Source: a virus | Lineage: Duplodnaviria; Heunggongvirae; Uroviricota; Caudoviricetes | DNA length: 30,609 nucleotides | Virus record (IMG/VR): IMGVR_UViG_2529292886_000008 | Strand: one strand, 5' to 3' | Shown here: piece after piece, positions 15,050 through 25,466 of the stretch | Numbering within the stretch: position 1 is the stretch's first letter | How the letters are laid out: each line of letters begins with the position of its first letter | Made by a program: the position numbers and the translations under genes | The notes under the pieces: model-generated | Told to the model about the DNA's origin: nothing | The model's input: the letters and a program-made list of their open reading frames with translations, nothing else | The model's database searches: none

Positions 15050-15886
15050 ATGGCTAATGAAAAAAAGACATCCCGCAAAAAGTTTCGCGTGGCTGTCTCC
15101 GGATCAACCGTTGATGGCCGTGAAATCAGTCCGGTGCATCTGCGTGAAGCCGCCGAGAACTTCAACCCGGATGTTTACGCTGCCCGCGTGAACGTTGAGC
15201 ACTATCTCTCGCCATGCCCGTCAAGCGAATTTTCCGCAATGGGCGATGTCACCGCGCTGAGTACGGAAGACATTACGGAAGGTCCGCTGGCCGGACGTAC
15301 TGCGCTGTATGCAGAAATCGAACCGACCGAGCGCATGAAGCAGCTTGTCGCTGACGGCAAGAAAATCTATTCCAGTATCGAACTGCACCCGCAGTTCTCC
15401 GTTAACGGGCGCGCCTATCTGGTCGGGCTGGCGATGACCGACACCCCGGCAAGCCTGGGCACTGAGCGCCTGAAATTCACGGCACAGCAACGTCAGGCGG
15501 TAATGACGTTCAACAGTGTCCAGGGTGAAGCGCCGCTTATCTCCGAAGCCATCGAGTCTGAAATCATCGAAATGGCAGAACAACGCCAGGAAGAAGGCAC
15601 CCAGTGGTTTAACCGCGTAATGGGGATTATTGGCCGTGGCCGCAAAGCGGATGACGCCAGTTTTTCCCGTATTCAGGAAGCGGTGGAAGGCGTCGCAACG
15701 TCACAGGCCGACATTATCGACCGTTTTAATGTGCTGGAAACCCGCCATCAGCAGGACCGCCAGAAAATTACGTCACTGATCACAGAGCTGACAGCACTGA
15801 AGGAAAAACTGCGCACGCAGGACGGCGATCCGCAGAACCGGTTCACCGCAACGGGCGCAGCCTCCGACCAGCTGGCTGACTTCTGA
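15050..15886 (+). CDS. O: Capsid scaffolding protein (P2 gpO-like)
   Basis: Start chosen at ATG 15050 with AGAGGG RBS; N-terminus KKFRVAVSGSTVDGREIS parallels P2 gpO FRIGVEGDTCDGRVIS (from memory). Confidence 0.85.
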   Translation: MANEKKTSRKKFRVAVSGSTVDGREISPVHLREAAENFNPDVYAARVNVEHYLSPCPSSEFSAMGDVTALSTEDITEGPLAGRTALYAEIEPTERMKQLVADGKKIYSSIELHPQFSVNGRAYLVGLAMTDTPASLGTERLKFTAQQRQAVMTFNSVQGEAPLISEAIESEIIEMAEQRQEEGTQWFNRVMGIIGRGRKADDASFSRIQEAVEGVATSQADIIDRFNVLETRHQQDRQKITSLITELTALKEKLRTQDGDPQNRFTATGAASDQLADF

Positions 15887-15909
15887 TAAGACAAAGGAGC
15901 AAATTTTTT

Positions 15910-16962
15910 ATGAATCTGGTGATGTCAGATATTACCCGCAACAAGCTGGGTTGCTATATGGCGCAGCAGGCGTCGCTTAATAATATCCCGGTTTCTGCGC
16001 TGGTATCGCGATTTACCGTAGAACCCTCGGTGCAGCAGCGTTTTGAAAACGCCTCAAAGGAAAGCACCGAATTTACAAAAAGAATTAACGTGATCGGCGT
16101 GACCGACCAGAAAGGCGAAAAAATCCTCCTGGATACCACAGGACCGATTGCGCGCACGAATACCAGTTATGACGGCACAAAACGCCGTAACCCGAATAAC
16201 GTGGTTGATCTGAAAAACCGCAAATACCAGTGCGAACAGGTGAACTACGACACGTTTATTTCATATCCGCAGCTTGATGCCTGGGCGGCACATCCTGATT
16301 TTCAGTCCCGCATCAGCGTACAGATTGCCCGACAGGTGGCGCTTGACCGCATCATGATCGGTTTCAACGGCACGTCTCACGCGGATGAGTCCAACTTCAG
16401 CACCAACAAGCTGCTTCAGGACGTTAACGTGGGCTGGCTGGAGCACATCAGAACCGACGCCAGCGAGCGCGTTATGAATGACGTGACGCTGACCTCCCGC
16501 AACATGGACAACACCGTGGCGCACGCGGGTAAGTATGCGAACGCTGATGCACTGGTACAGGACGCACGCTCATCCCTGCTGGATGAATGGCACAAGGAAG
16601 CTGACGACCTCGTGGTGATTATGGGGCGCAACCTGTTTAACTCGCTGCGTCTGCCCGTGCTGAACAGCATCAGCGGCCAGAATCCCAATGCGGAATTACT
16701 TGCCGGGCAGCTCATCCTGTCATCGCGCACCATTGGCGGGCTGGGCGTGTTCCTTGCGCCGTTCTTCCCGGATGCAACGATGCTGATCACCTCGTTCAAC
16801 AACCTGTCGATTTACTGGCAGAAAGGTTCAATGCGTCGTCTGATGAAAGACGAACCGGAATACAACCGCATCGCCACCTACCAGTCCATCAATGACGCTT
16901 ATGTCGTTGAAGACTATGGCAAGTGCGCGATGGTCACTGGCCTGAAGTTCGCCGACAGCTAA
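15910..16962 (+). CDS. N: Major capsid protein (P2 gpN-like)
   Basis: 350 aa; motifs FTVEPSV, KYQCEQVNYD, VEDYG match P2 gpN pattern from memory; AAGGAG RBS. Confidence 0.9.
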   Translation: MNLVMSDITRNKLGCYMAQQASLNNIPVSALVSRFTVEPSVQQRFENASKESTEFTKRINVIGVTDQKGEKILLDTTGPIARTNTSYDGTKRRNPNNVVDLKNRKYQCEQVNYDTFISYPQLDAWAAHPDFQSRISVQIARQVALDRIMIGFNGTSHADESNFSTNKLLQDVNVGWLEHIRTDASERVMNDVTLTSRNMDNTVAHAGKYANADALVQDARSSLLDEWHKEADDLVVIMGRNLFNSLRLPVLNSISGQNPNAELLAGQLILSSRTIGGLGVFLAPFFPDATMLITSFNNLSIYWQKGSMRRLMKDEPEYNRIATYQSINDAYVVEDYGKCAMVTGLKFADS

Positions 16963-16971
16963 TCAACTCAC

Positions 16972-16990
16972 GGCGGGCATCATGCCCGCC
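16972..16990 (+). other. GC-rich palindromic hairpin between capsid gene N and terminase small subunit M
   Basis: Perfect 19-nt palindrome GGCGGGCAT-C-ATGCCCGCC; no T-run; possible partial terminator or RNA-processing element. Confidence 0.35.
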
Positions 16991-17007
16991 TGTAACGGAG
17001 AGAAAAA

Positions 17008-17808
17008 ATGATTACTCCTGCACAGCAACACTGGCAGAACGTGATGGCACAGCGCGCAGGCCGGGCGAATGAAGGCGTGGACCACGCCGCGCGTACCGCG
17101 CATGAAGAGGTGCTGTATCGTCTGCGTCTGGCACAGGCCCGGCTTAAGGGCGTACAGGCCAGAAGCGCCAAAGCCGCCATCAAAAAAGAGTTGTTGCCGG
17201 ACTTTTCCGGCTGGATTGAGGGAACGCTGGAGGCTGACGGCGGGCAGCAGGATGAAGTGATTGCCACGCTGATGGTGTGGGCGATTGACTGCGGCGATCT
17301 TCCGCTGGCGCTGCGTATTGGTGCGTATGTGGTCCGTCACAACCTCATCATGCCGGATAACTTTGGCCGTACTGCTGCCACGGTACTGACCGAAGAAATC
17401 TGTAATCCGGTACTGACGCAGGCCGGGACGGATGCCGACGCGGATTTGTCCGCCTTTATCGAACCACTGGATACCCTCCGGGAGATTGTCACCGACCAGG
17501 ACATGCCGGACGAAGTGCGCGCCAAATTATGCAAGGCGTGCGCCTTTGCCCGCCGTGGCCTGACCGATGCGGACAGCATGGCCCTGTCACTGAAGCTGCT
17601 GCGCGAAGCGATGCACCTGAACCCGAACGCAGGTGTGAAACGCGAGATTGCAACCCTTTCCCGCGCCCTGAAAAAAGCCGATTCCGCAGCCGCACCAGAA
17701 GATGCCAGCACACCGCAGGCGCAGGACGAAAGCAGCAAAAGTAAAAAGACAACGCGGAAGCCTGCAACACGAAAAACCACCGCGACGCAGAAGGCGAAGC
17801 GCGGTTAA
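17008..17808 (+). CDS. M: Terminase small (endonuclease) subunit (P2 gpM-like)
   Basis: 266 aa, position after capsid gene, basic C-terminal tail; GGAGAG RBS. Confidence 0.8.
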   Translation: MITPAQQHWQNVMAQRAGRANEGVDHAARTAHEEVLYRLRLAQARLKGVQARSAKAAIKKELLPDFSGWIEGTLEADGGQQDEVIATLMVWAIDCGDLPLALRIGAYVVRHNLIMPDNFGRTAATVLTEEICNPVLTQAGTDADADLSAFIEPLDTLREIVTDQDMPDEVRAKLCKACAFARRGLTDADSMALSLKLLREAMHLNPNAGVKREIATLSRALKKADSAAAPEDASTPQAQDESSKSKKTTRKPATRKTTATQKAKRG

Positions 17809-17909
17809 CGACTGACCCCGTCAGCGGGCGGCGTGCGCGGTGTTCCGGTTTGACTCCGTGACCGTTTACACCGCGCACCCACCGCCCGATTTTTTCAGGA
17901 GTGAACCCC

Positions 17910-18404
17910 ATGAGTATGGTTGCCAGAACCAACCCCGGACCCGCAGAGGACGACATCACCGATACCGATGATGGTGATACCCGTATTTCAGCGGGTGCAT
18001 TCTGGCCGGATATTGTGCTGCGTGAGCTGCGTCTGGCGGTACGACTGCCGGGCCGTGTGACCACCTCCCGCCTGCTGCATACCGCCACCGGGGCCGTGGC
18101 ACACGTTACCCGCGAGCTGGAAGCGTGGCAGCAGGAACAGCAGGCGGCTGGCCATCAGACGCTGGCCGATGTTCCGGCACCCGTAATTAACGGAGAAAGC
18201 GTCAATCTCTGGCACTGGCGCAATGCGGTTTACACCGCCACACGCGCCCTGATTCTGGAGCGTTACCGCGATGCGGACACAACGGACAAGGGCGACCGCC
18301 GGGCGGACGCACTGGATATACAGACATCGGATTTGTGGCGCGATGTGAGCTGGGCCATCTCTGACATTCTGTGCCGCCCGCGAATCTTTGCGGAGTTGTG
18401 CTGA
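17910..18404 (+). CDS. L: Head completion / stabilisation protein (P2 gpL-like)
   Basis: Start at ATG 17910 (AGGA RBS); motifs FWPDI and DLWRDVSWAISDI parallel P2 gpL FFPDID and ELWRDMRWAV (from memory). Confidence 0.85.
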   Translation: MSMVARTNPGPAEDDITDTDDGDTRISAGAFWPDIVLRELRLAVRLPGRVTTSRLLHTATGAVAHVTRELEAWQQEQQAAGHQTLADVPAPVINGESVNLWHWRNAVYTATRALILERYRDADTTDKGDRRADALDIQTSDLWRDVSWAISDILCRPRIFAELC

Positions 18405-18604
18405 TGAAAGTGAAGGCACTGGAAGGCGACACCGTGGATTCGCTCTGTTTCCGGTACTACGGCACGACGCAGGGCGTCACCGAAAAGGTGCTGGATGCCA
18501 ACCCCGGACTCTGTCAGCAGGTATTTCTGGACGCCGGGCAGGACGTGGAGATGCCGGAGCCGGAGAAGAAGAAACGAGAAATGATTCAGTTGTGGGGGGA
18601 GTAG
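18404..18604 (+). CDS. X: Tail protein X (P2 gpX-like)
   Basis: 66 aa; LEGDTVDSLCFRYYGTTQGVTEKVLDANPGL matches gpX pattern; ATGA overlap with L stop. Confidence 0.8.
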   Translation: MKVKALEGDTVDSLCFRYYGTTQGVTEKVLDANPGLCQQVFLDAGQDVEMPEPEKKKREMIQLWGE

Positions 18605-18606
18605 CA

Positions 18607-18849
18607 GTGAGCACCATTCAAACAGGGATCACAGAGCAGGTTATTGCGTGGCTCTTTGACCACCTGCCAACGGTGTATGCAGTAGGCGCGGCGGTCAGCA
18701 TTTCCGCGCTGATGAGTCTTTATGACGGACGAACACTGGTTCAGACCGTAACGGGATCGCTGGCGTGCGGCGTTCTTGCCATGGCCGTGGCCGGGTCGTT
18801 GCGCTTCTTCGGGTTTCCTGAAGATGCCGTGACGTTTATCGGCGCATAA
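18607..18849 (+). CDS. Putative holin (P2 gpY position)
   Basis: GTG start with GGGGGA RBS 7 nt upstream; 80 aa with two hydrophobic helices; position preceding endolysin. Confidence 0.55.
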   Translation: MSTIQTGITEQVIAWLFDHLPTVYAVGAAVSISALMSLYDGRTLVQTVTGSLACGVLAMAVAGSLRFFGFPEDAVTFIGA

Positions 18850-18926
18850 ATCGGTTTTATGGGTGCAGAGAAAGCACGCGACAAGGTTATTGCGGCCTTT
18901 AATCGCAGGGTGAAGGAGAAGGACGA

Positions 18927-19319
18927 ATGAGCAACACATTTAAATTCAGCAGCCGGAGCGAAAAGAATTTGCAGGGCGTAAATCCTGATCTGGTGAAAGT
19001 GACCCGACGGGCACTGGAAATCTCGGAAGTGGATTTTGGTATCACCGAAGGGTTGCGCAGCCGTTACCGCCAGAAGCAACTTGTGGCCACGGGTAAGAGC
19101 CAGACCATGAACAGCCGCCACCTTACGGGGCATGCCGTGGATGTTGTGGCTTATATCGGCAGCCAGGTGTCATGGGAATGGCCGCTGTACGAAAAAATCG
19201 CAGCAGCATTCAGACAGGCCAGCCGGGAACTGAATATTCCGGTGGAATGGGGCGGCGACTGGAAGACCCTGAAAGACGGACCGCATTTTCAGTTACCGCA
19301 CGGAGTTTATCCGGCATGA
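18927..19319 (+). CDS. Endolysin, peptidase M15-type L-alanyl-D-glutamate endopeptidase
   Basis: Motifs SRHLTGHAVDV and DGPHFQL typical of M15 zinc peptidase endolysins; replaces the lysozyme-type gpK of P2. Confidence 0.75.
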   Translation: MSNTFKFSSRSEKNLQGVNPDLVKVTRRALEISEVDFGITEGLRSRYRQKQLVATGKSQTMNSRHLTGHAVDVVAYIGSQVSWEWPLYEKIAAAFRQASRELNIPVEWGGDWKTLKDGPHFQLPHGVYPA

Positions 19320-19723
19320 AGCTCTGGCCCACGCTGGGCGTCGCTTTTCTTCTGATTGCCGCCTGGGGAGCATCCATGCGTCTGTCGTGGTCACTGGGCC
19401 GGGAGAACGCCAGAAACGAAGCGCAGGCCAGCACCCTGAAAAGTACCGTCGACACCCTGAATATCATCAGCGCCGGGGTACAGGATATGCAGCAGGTGCT
19501 GGCACAACTCCGCGCGGAAAATCAGCAACGCAATCAGGACGGAGAGGTAAGACGTGAACAGCTACGCAACGATATTGCAAAAGATGAATGCGCCCACGCT
19601 TTGCCTGACGCTCGTTTTACTGACAGGTTGCGCAGGCACGCAGAACGCGCCACGGCCAGCGCCGTCAGTCCGGCTTATACCGCAGACGCTGACCATACCG
19701 GTAATGCCTCCCCCCTTCCCTGA
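19316..19723 (+). CDS. Inner-membrane spanin (Rz / LysB-like)
   Basis: ATG at 19316 overlapping endolysin stop; N-terminal TM helix, then coiled-coil region; followed by embedded lipoprotein ORF. Confidence 0.7.
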   Translation: MKLWPTLGVAFLLIAAWGASMRLSWSLGRENARNEAQASTLKSTVDTLNIISAGVQDMQQVLAQLRAENQQRNQDGEVRREQLRNDIAKDECAHALPDARFTDRLRRHAERATASAVSPAYTADADHTGNASPLP

Positions 19724-19874
19724 TACTCCCACATGGGGAAATCTCGGTATATGGGGCGACCGCCTTCTGGATGCACTGGAAACCTGTAACGCGGATAAAC
19801 GGGCCATTGAATTACTGGAACAGCGCAGGCTGCAACGACTGAACAACGAGGACAACAACCATGCTGAAAACTGA
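19554..19874 (+). CDS. Outer-membrane lipoprotein spanin (Rz1 / LysC-like), overlapping i-spanin in a different frame
   Basis: Lipobox LVLLTGC with Pro-rich mature region; GTG start at 19554 with GGAGAGG RBS (alternative ATG at 19584). Confidence 0.65.
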   Translation: MNSYATILQKMNAPTLCLTLVLLTGCAGTQNAPRPAPSVRLIPQTLTIPVMPPPFPDTPTWGNLGIWGDRLLDALETCNADKRAIELLEQRRLQRLNNEDNNHAEN

Positions 19875-20328
19875 TTCCCTGCGTGAAGCCATGACCCGTT
19901 CATGCCGATGGTGTCAGGCCAACCCGGAAAAATTCACCATTTTCGTGGAGAGCGGCAACATTGAAACGACCGGAGAAACGCCCTCGTTTGTTTACCGCTA
20001 TCAGATGGTGATGTTTGTCATGGATTACGCCGGGGAGCTGGACGACCTCACGCTGCCGCTACTGGCGTGGTTATCCGAAAATCAGCCGCAATTGTTGCTC
20101 AATCCGGAGCGTAATCAGGACATCAAATTCTCCGCCGTTATCAATGACGATGACAGCGCAGATCTCCTGTTTACGCTCCCTCTGCGGGAACGCGTTCGCA
20201 TCACGCGCAGCAGTCAGGGGACACCGCAGGCAGAACACCTGCCGGAGCCAAAACCCCGTCTGCCATCTTCCGAAGGCGACTGGTCGCATGTATTCCAGGA
20301 TGTGACGTGGGGTGAAAGCGATGGATAA
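19861..20328 (+). CDS. R: Tail completion protein (P2 gpR-like)
   Basis: 155 aa, synteny after lysis cassette; overlaps spanin stop. Confidence 0.75.
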   Translation: MLKTDSLREAMTRSCRWCQANPEKFTIFVESGNIETTGETPSFVYRYQMVMFVMDYAGELDDLTLPLLAWLSENQPQLLLNPERNQDIKFSAVINDDDSADLLFTLPLRERVRITRSSQGTPQAEHLPEPKPRLPSSEGDWSHVFQDVTWGESDG

Positions 20329-20956
20329 GGCATTCACCCGCGTGGATGAAACCTTTGAGGCTATCCGCGACAGCCTGAATCAGCAGGCCATCAATAACAT
20401 CGCCAGAAAGCTGGCACAGGATTTACGCCGCGCCCAGCAGGCGCGTATCCGGTCACAGAAAGCGCCGGACGGGACCGCGTGGACACCACGCAGACGCCGC
20501 GTAACCCGGATACAGGAACGCATTCGCTTTATCTGGAATAACGAAGCACGCACGCTGAAAAACTGGCATCACGACACGGGGAAATACGGGCGAACCATTA
20601 CCGGGTGGGATGAGGATAAAAACAATATCCGCACGTTTTATCGGGATGACATCGACCGTTTTCTGGAAATACGCACCCGGCGCATCAACCAGGACAGCAC
20701 CAGGCGCGTCCCCATGTTCGTAAAACTGCGCACCGCCCGCTACCTGAAAGCCCGTGCAGATGCTTCCAGTGTGACGGTGGGTTACAGCGGCGTGGCCGCA
20801 CGTATTGCCCGCGTTCATCAGTTCGGTGAGCGCGATCAGGTTGCGCCGGGCATTTTCACCGATTACCCGGTACGTGAGCTGCTGGGTATCAGCCAGGCAG
20901 ATGAGCGCCTGATTTATAACACGGTGCTGGGCCGGATTGCGGAGGCTGTACGGTGA
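20312..20956 (+). CDS. S: Tail completion / virion morphogenesis protein (P2 gpS-like)
   Basis: Motifs NNIARKLAQDLRR and ARIARVHQFGERD match gpS pattern (from memory); longer than P2 gpS. Confidence 0.75.
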   Translation: MKAMDKAFTRVDETFEAIRDSLNQQAINNIARKLAQDLRRAQQARIRSQKAPDGTAWTPRRRRVTRIQERIRFIWNNEARTLKNWHHDTGKYGRTITGWDEDKNNIRTFYRDDIDRFLEIRTRRINQDSTRRVPMFVKLRTARYLKARADASSVTVGYSGVAARIARVHQFGERDQVAPGIFTDYPVRELLGISQADERLIYNTVLGRIAEAVR

Positions 20957-21534
20957 GCGCAGAACTCATGCGACTGCTGAGCAATATCATCCGCACCGGG
21001 ATCATCTCTGAAGTTGATGAGAAGTCCTGGCGCGTGCGCGTTCGCAGCGGCGAACTGGAAACAGACTGGTTGCGCTGGAACACCACGCGCGCGGGAGCCT
21101 TCAATGTGTGGCTGCCGCCATCACCAGGCGAACAGGTGGTAATTGCCTGCATTGGCGGCAACCCGGAAACCGCCATGATAATTGGCAGCCTGTGGAGTGA
21201 TGCCAGTCCGGCACCCGGCAAAAGCCTGAAAGAAATCGTGATCAGCGCGCCGGACGGCGCGGTGTTCCGCTACGACGCGGACGCAGGCGCACTGAGCGCC
21301 AGCGGCATGAAAACGGCCACTTTACAGGCATCCGTCAGCGTGAAACTGGATACGCCCGTCGTGGAATGCACAAACCTTCTGAGAACGGCGACGCTTGACG
21401 TCACAAAAGGAGGAAAGATGAGCGGCAATATCACGCACAGCGGCGGCAACTTCACCTCAAACGGCATTACCGTGCATACGCATAAACACGGTGGCGTGAA
21501 AGGCGGCAGCGATTCGACAGGAGGCCCGCAGTGA
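20953..21534 (+). CDS. V: Baseplate spike / assembly protein (P2 gpV-like)
   Basis: 193 aa; N-terminal OB-fold-like region and Gly-rich C-terminus; synteny. Confidence 0.85.
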   Translation: MSAELMRLLSNIIRTGIISEVDEKSWRVRVRSGELETDWLRWNTTRAGAFNVWLPPSPGEQVVIACIGGNPETAMIIGSLWSDASPAPGKSLKEIVISAPDGAVFRYDADAGALSASGMKTATLQASVSVKLDTPVVECTNLLRTATLDVTKGGKMSGNITHSGGNFTSNGITVHTHKHGGVKGGSDSTGGPQ

Positions 21535-21881
21535 CAACCCGCTACACAGGAATGAATCCGGACGGGACGGGAAACCTGAACGATATGGAGCACCTGAAAC
21601 AGTCAGTCAGGGACATCCTGACCACCCCGCTGGCAAGCCGGGTTATGCGACGGGAATATGGCAGCCTTGTGCCTGATTTGATTGACGAACCCATGAATAA
21701 CACCACGCGTCTGCAATGCATGAGTGCTGCCGTGATTGCACTGACACGATGGGAACCCCGCATTGCCCTGGATGCCATCGATGTTGTCTGGAAAGCAGGA
21801 GGCCGCGCCGGGGTGACGCTGTCGGGCACTGTCATGCAGACCATGCAGAATGTTGAATTAACCATCACGCTGAGAGAGTAA
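21531..21881 (+). CDS. W: Baseplate wedge protein (P2 gpW / GPW_gp25 family)
   Basis: 116 aa; size and position between V and J. Confidence 0.85.
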   Translation: MTTRYTGMNPDGTGNLNDMEHLKQSVRDILTTPLASRVMRREYGSLVPDLIDEPMNNTTRLQCMSAAVIALTRWEPRIALDAIDVVWKAGGRAGVTLSGTVMQTMQNVELTITLRE

Positions 21882-21884
21882 ATC

Positions 21885-22781
21885 ATGCCTGCCGTTGACC
21901 TTTCCCAGTTACCGGAACCCGCCATCATAGCGGAGCCTGACTTTGAGGCAATTCTGGCTGACACAAAGGCCATGATGATTGCGGCTTATCCCGCCGAACA
22001 GCGTGAAGCCGTTTCCGCCGCGCTGGAGCTGGAATCGGAACCCCTTAACGTTATCGCTCAAACCATGTCGTTTCGTGAAATGCTGTTACGCCAGCGGGTT
22101 AACGAGGGCGCACGCGCCTGCATGTTAAGCCACGGTTCAGGGACAAACCTGGACAACCTCGCGGGCAATATGAACACAAAGCGCCTGGTTATCACTCCGG
22201 CAACGGATACCACCGACGCGGTGATGGAGAGCGACACCTCGCTGAGACTGCGGACGCAGCGGGCGTATGACGGCCTGAGTGTTGCAGGCCCGTCAGGCGC
22301 ATACGAGTATTTTGCACGCAGCGCCAGCGGTCTGGTGCGTGATGCGCGGGCCATCAGCCCGTCTCCGGCCTGTGTGACGGTTTCCATTCTGTCCACTGAA
22401 GGCGACGGCACAGCAACGGAGGCGTTGCTTAATACCGTTCGCGCCGTTCTGAATGCAGAGGATACCCGCCCGGTGGCCGACCGCCTGACGGTACAGAGCG
22501 CCAGAATCGTGACATGGCGGCTGAATGCAAAACTGTACTTTTACCCCGGCCCGGAATCCGAACCTATTCTGGCCGCGGCAGAATCGTCATTCAGGAAGTG
22601 GCTGGCTGAACAGGGGCTTATCGGTCAGGACGTGGCGTTGTCCGCCATTGCTGCCGCACTGCATGTGCACGGTGTGCAACGCGTGGAGATAATCGAACCC
22701 ACACAGAATATGGCCATCAGCGACATACAGGCGGCGCGCTGTGAGTCATTTACCATCAGCGAAGGTGGGCGCAATGAGTAA
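21885..22781 (+). CDS. J: Baseplate protein J (P2 gpJ-like)
   Basis: 298 aa; synteny. Confidence 0.85.
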   Translation: MPAVDLSQLPEPAIIAEPDFEAILADTKAMMIAAYPAEQREAVSAALELESEPLNVIAQTMSFREMLLRQRVNEGARACMLSHGSGTNLDNLAGNMNTKRLVITPATDTTDAVMESDTSLRLRTQRAYDGLSVAGPSGAYEYFARSASGLVRDARAISPSPACVTVSILSTEGDGTATEALLNTVRAVLNAEDTRPVADRLTVQSARIVTWRLNAKLYFYPGPESEPILAAAESSFRKWLAEQGLIGQDVALSAIAAALHVHGVQRVEIIEPTQNMAISDIQAARCESFTISEGGRNE

Positions 22782-23304
22782 TTCGTTGTTACCACCATCA
22801 GCCAGCAATTTCATGCGTTGTGCCGAAGCTGTCGGAGCGCGCATTACAAATATCCCGGTAGACCTCAACACGCTGTGGTCGCCGGACACATGCCCGGTGC
22901 ATCTGCTGCCTTATCTCGCCTGGGCATTTTCCGTTGACCGCTGGGATCGCAACTGGCCGGAAGAGACAAAGCGACAGGTGATTCGTGATGCATGGCTGAT
23001 ACACCGACACAAAGGGACCATCAGCGCACTGCGCCGGGCCATTGAGCCGCTGGGATACCTCATTCGTGTGTCTGAGTGGTGGGAGTTCGGCGGAGAACCG
23101 GGAACATTTACCGTTGAAGTCGGCACGCTGGACAGTGGCGTGACGGAGGAAATGTATCTGGAAATGGAGCGGTTGATTGCTGATGCCCGCCCGGTCAGCC
23201 GCCACATGACAGGGCTGAATATCATTCAGGAGATCCCGGGGGATATTTTCGCGGCGGCAGCAACTTACGACGGTGAAGTCATTACCATTTATCCGGACGA
23301 TTAA
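22774..23304 (+). CDS. I: Baseplate / tail-fibre attachment protein (P2 gpI-like)
   Basis: Start at ATG 22774; motifs [24 protein letters not shown] and [14 protein letters not shown] match P2 gpI pattern from memory. Confidence 0.85.
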   Translation: MSNSLLPPSASNFMRCAEAVGARITNIPVDLNTLWSPDTCPVHLLPYLAWAFSVDRWDRNWPEETKRQVIRDAWLIHRHKGTISALRRAIEPLGYLIRVSEWWEFGGEPGTFTVEVGTLDSGVTEEMYLEMERLIADARPVSRHMTGLNIIQEIPGDIFAAAATYDGEVITIYPDD

Positions 23305-23306
23305 GC

Positions 23307-25466
23307 ATGAGTACCACAACACGAAAATTTAAAACCATTATCACTGATACTGGTGCCAAAAAATTAGCTCAGGCAGCCGCGCCAGATGGTAATCCTGTCC
23401 GCCTGACTCACATGGCCGTGGGCGACGGTGGCGGCACGTTGCCCACACCAGACAGTAAGCAGACCCGTCTGGTGCATGAGGTGTGGCGACATACTGTTAA
23501 TCGCGTCATCCTGGACGCAACACATCAGAACCGCATTATTGCGGAGCTGGTTATTCCTCCTGAAACGGGCGGATTCTGGATCCGGGAAATTGGTGTATTT
23601 GATGAGCACGGCGATTTGATCGCGGTGGGCAATACTGCCGAAAGTTACAAACCAACCGTTGCCGAAGGATCCGGACGTGCACAAACATTTCGCACCATTC
23701 TGACCGTATCCAGCACTGCCACCGTGGCGCTTACCGTGGATAACACCATGGTTATGGCCACAGTGGATTACGTGAATGACAAACTGAAAGAACATGAACA
23801 GTCACGACGTCACCCGGACGCCTCGCTGACCGCAAAAGGCTTTGTTCAACTCAGTAGCGCCACCAACAGCACGTCTGAAGCACTGGCCGCAACGCCGAAA
23901 GCGGTCAAGGCAGCCTATGACCTTGCTATCGGGAAATATACCGCACAGGACGCCACTACAGCGCGGAAAGGACTTGTCCAGCTCAGTAGCGCCACCAACA
24001 GCGATTCAGAAACGCTGGCGGCAACACCAAAGGCGGTAAAGGCAACATATGACCTTGCTAACGGGAAATATACTGCGCAGGATGCCACCACAGCGCGGAA
24101 AGGCCTTGTCCAGCTCAGTAGCGCCACCAACAGCACGTCTGAAGCACTGGCCGCAACACCGAAAGCGGTAAAGACAGCATATGACCTTGCTAACGGGAAA
24201 TATACCGCTCAGGACGCTACGACAGCACAAAAAGGGATTGTCCAGCTAAGCAGCGCGACTAACAGCGCATCTGAAACGCTTGCTGCGACATCGAAAGCAG
24301 TGAAAGCAGCTAATGACAATGCGAATGGTCGGGTACCTTCTGCCCGTAAGGTGAATGGTAAGGCGCTTTCAGCGGATATAACACTGACACCGAAAGATAT
24401 TGGTACGCTTAACTCAACAACTATGTCATTCAGCGGTGGTGCTGGTTGGTTCAAATTAGCAACGGTAACCATGCCGCAGGCGAGTTCTGTTGTTTCAATT
24501 ACGTTGATTGGTGGGGCTGGATATAACGTCGGTTCACCTCAACAGGCAGGTATATCTGAACTTGTTTTGCGTGCAGGTAATGGTAATCCGAAGGGGATTA
24601 CTGGTGCTTTATGGCAGCGCACATCGGCAGGGTTTACAAATTTTGCCTGGGTCAATACATCTGGTGATACTTACGATATTTACGTTGCAATCGGAAATTA
24701 TGCGACTGGTGTAAATATTCAATGGGATTATACCAGTAACGCCAGCGTAACGATTCATACTTCACCAGCATATTCTGCTAATAAGCCGGAAGGATTAACG
24801 GACGGTTCTGTTTATTCGCTGTATATTTCGCCTCATGAACTTTATCCGGTTGGCGCACCGATCCCTTGGCCATCAGATACCGTTCCGTCTGGTTATGCCC
24901 TGATGCAGGGGCAGACTTTTGACAAATCTGCATACCCGAAACTTGCAGCCGCTTATCCGTCAGGCGTGATCCCTGATATGCGTGGCTGGACGATTAAGGG
25001 CAAGCCCGCCAGTGGTCGTGCCGTATTGTCTCAGGAACAGGACGGCATTAAATCGCACACCCACAGCGCCAGCGTATCCAGTACGGATTTGGGTACGAAA
25101 ACCACATCGTCGTTTGATTACGGGACGAAAACAACCTCACTATTTGACTATGGGACCAAAACTACCAGTAACGCCGGGAGTCACACGCATTCAATACCAA
25201 CATCAGATGGTGCAAACCAGGGGGGGAAAATTCCACTGACATCTGGGCGTCTGGCAACTCAATATACATCAGCAACAACAGGTTCCTCTGGCTCACATTC
25301 TCATACTGTAGGTATTGGTTCTCATCAGCACACTGTCGGTATTGGTGCACACACGCACTCGGTTGCGATTGGCTCACATGGACACACCATCACCGTTAAC
25401 GCTGCTGGTAACGCGGAAAACACCGTCAAAAACATCGCATTTAACTATATTGTGAGGCTTGCATGA
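23307..25466 (+). CDS. H: Tail fibre protein (P2 gpH-like) with internal fibre repeats and HxH-rich C-terminal tip
   Basis: N-terminus [25 protein letters not shown] typical of gpH; C-terminal [11 protein letters not shown]; four 44-aa repeats; HxH motifs near C-terminus. Confidence 0.9.
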   Translation: MSTTTRKFKTIITDTGAKKLAQAAAPDGNPVRLTHMAVGDGGGTLPTPDSKQTRLVHEVWRHTVNRVILDATHQNRIIAELVIPPETGGFWIREIGVFDEHGDLIAVGNTAESYKPTVAEGSGRAQTFRTILTVSSTATVALTVDNTMVMATVDYVNDKLKEHEQSRRHPDASLTAKGFVQLSSATNSTSEALAATPKAVKAAYDLAIGKYTAQDATTARKGLVQLSSATNSDSETLAATPKAVKATYDLANGKYTAQDATTARKGLVQLSSATNSTSEALAATPKAVKTAYDLANGKYTAQDATTAQKGIVQLSSATNSASETLAATSKAVKAANDNANGRVPSARKVNGKALSADITLTPKDIGTLNSTTMSFSGGAGWFKLATVTMPQASSVVSITLIGGAGYNVGSPQQAGISELVLRAGNGNPKGITGALWQRTSAGFTNFAWVNTSGDTYDIYVAIGNYATGVNIQWDYTSNASVTIHTSPAYSANKPEGLTDGSVYSLYISPHELYPVGAPIPWPSDTVPSGYALMQGQTFDKSAYPKLAAAYPSGVIPDMRGWTIKGKPASGRAVLSQEQDGIKSHTHSASVSSTDLGTKTTSSFDYGTKTTSLFDYGTKTTSNAGSHTHSIPTSDGANQGGKIPLTSGRLATQYTSATTGSSGSHSHTVGIGSHQHTVGIGAHTHSVAIGSHGHTITVNAAGNAENTVKNIAFNYIVRLA
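23838..24340 (+). repeat. In-frame tandem repeat, about 3.8 copies of a 132-bp unit, inside tail fibre gene H
   Basis: Repeat starts at 23838, 23970, 24102, 24234, encoding G(F/L/I)[33 protein letters not shown](R/Q)K. Confidence 0.85.

Noticed and set aside
16963-18088. Several 95-199-aa minus-strand ORFs across genes M and L
   Set aside because: Antisense to syntenic, motif-supported structural genes; typical GC-rich antisense frames.
18859-18930. 23-codon ORF between holin and endolysin
   Set aside because: Too short to support without comparative evidence; could be a small antiholin-type peptide but not called.
23838-24340. Possibility that the regular repeats are a CRISPR array
   Set aside because: Units are 132 bp, contiguous without unique spacers, in-frame and encode a fibre-shaft motif; no cas genes nearby.
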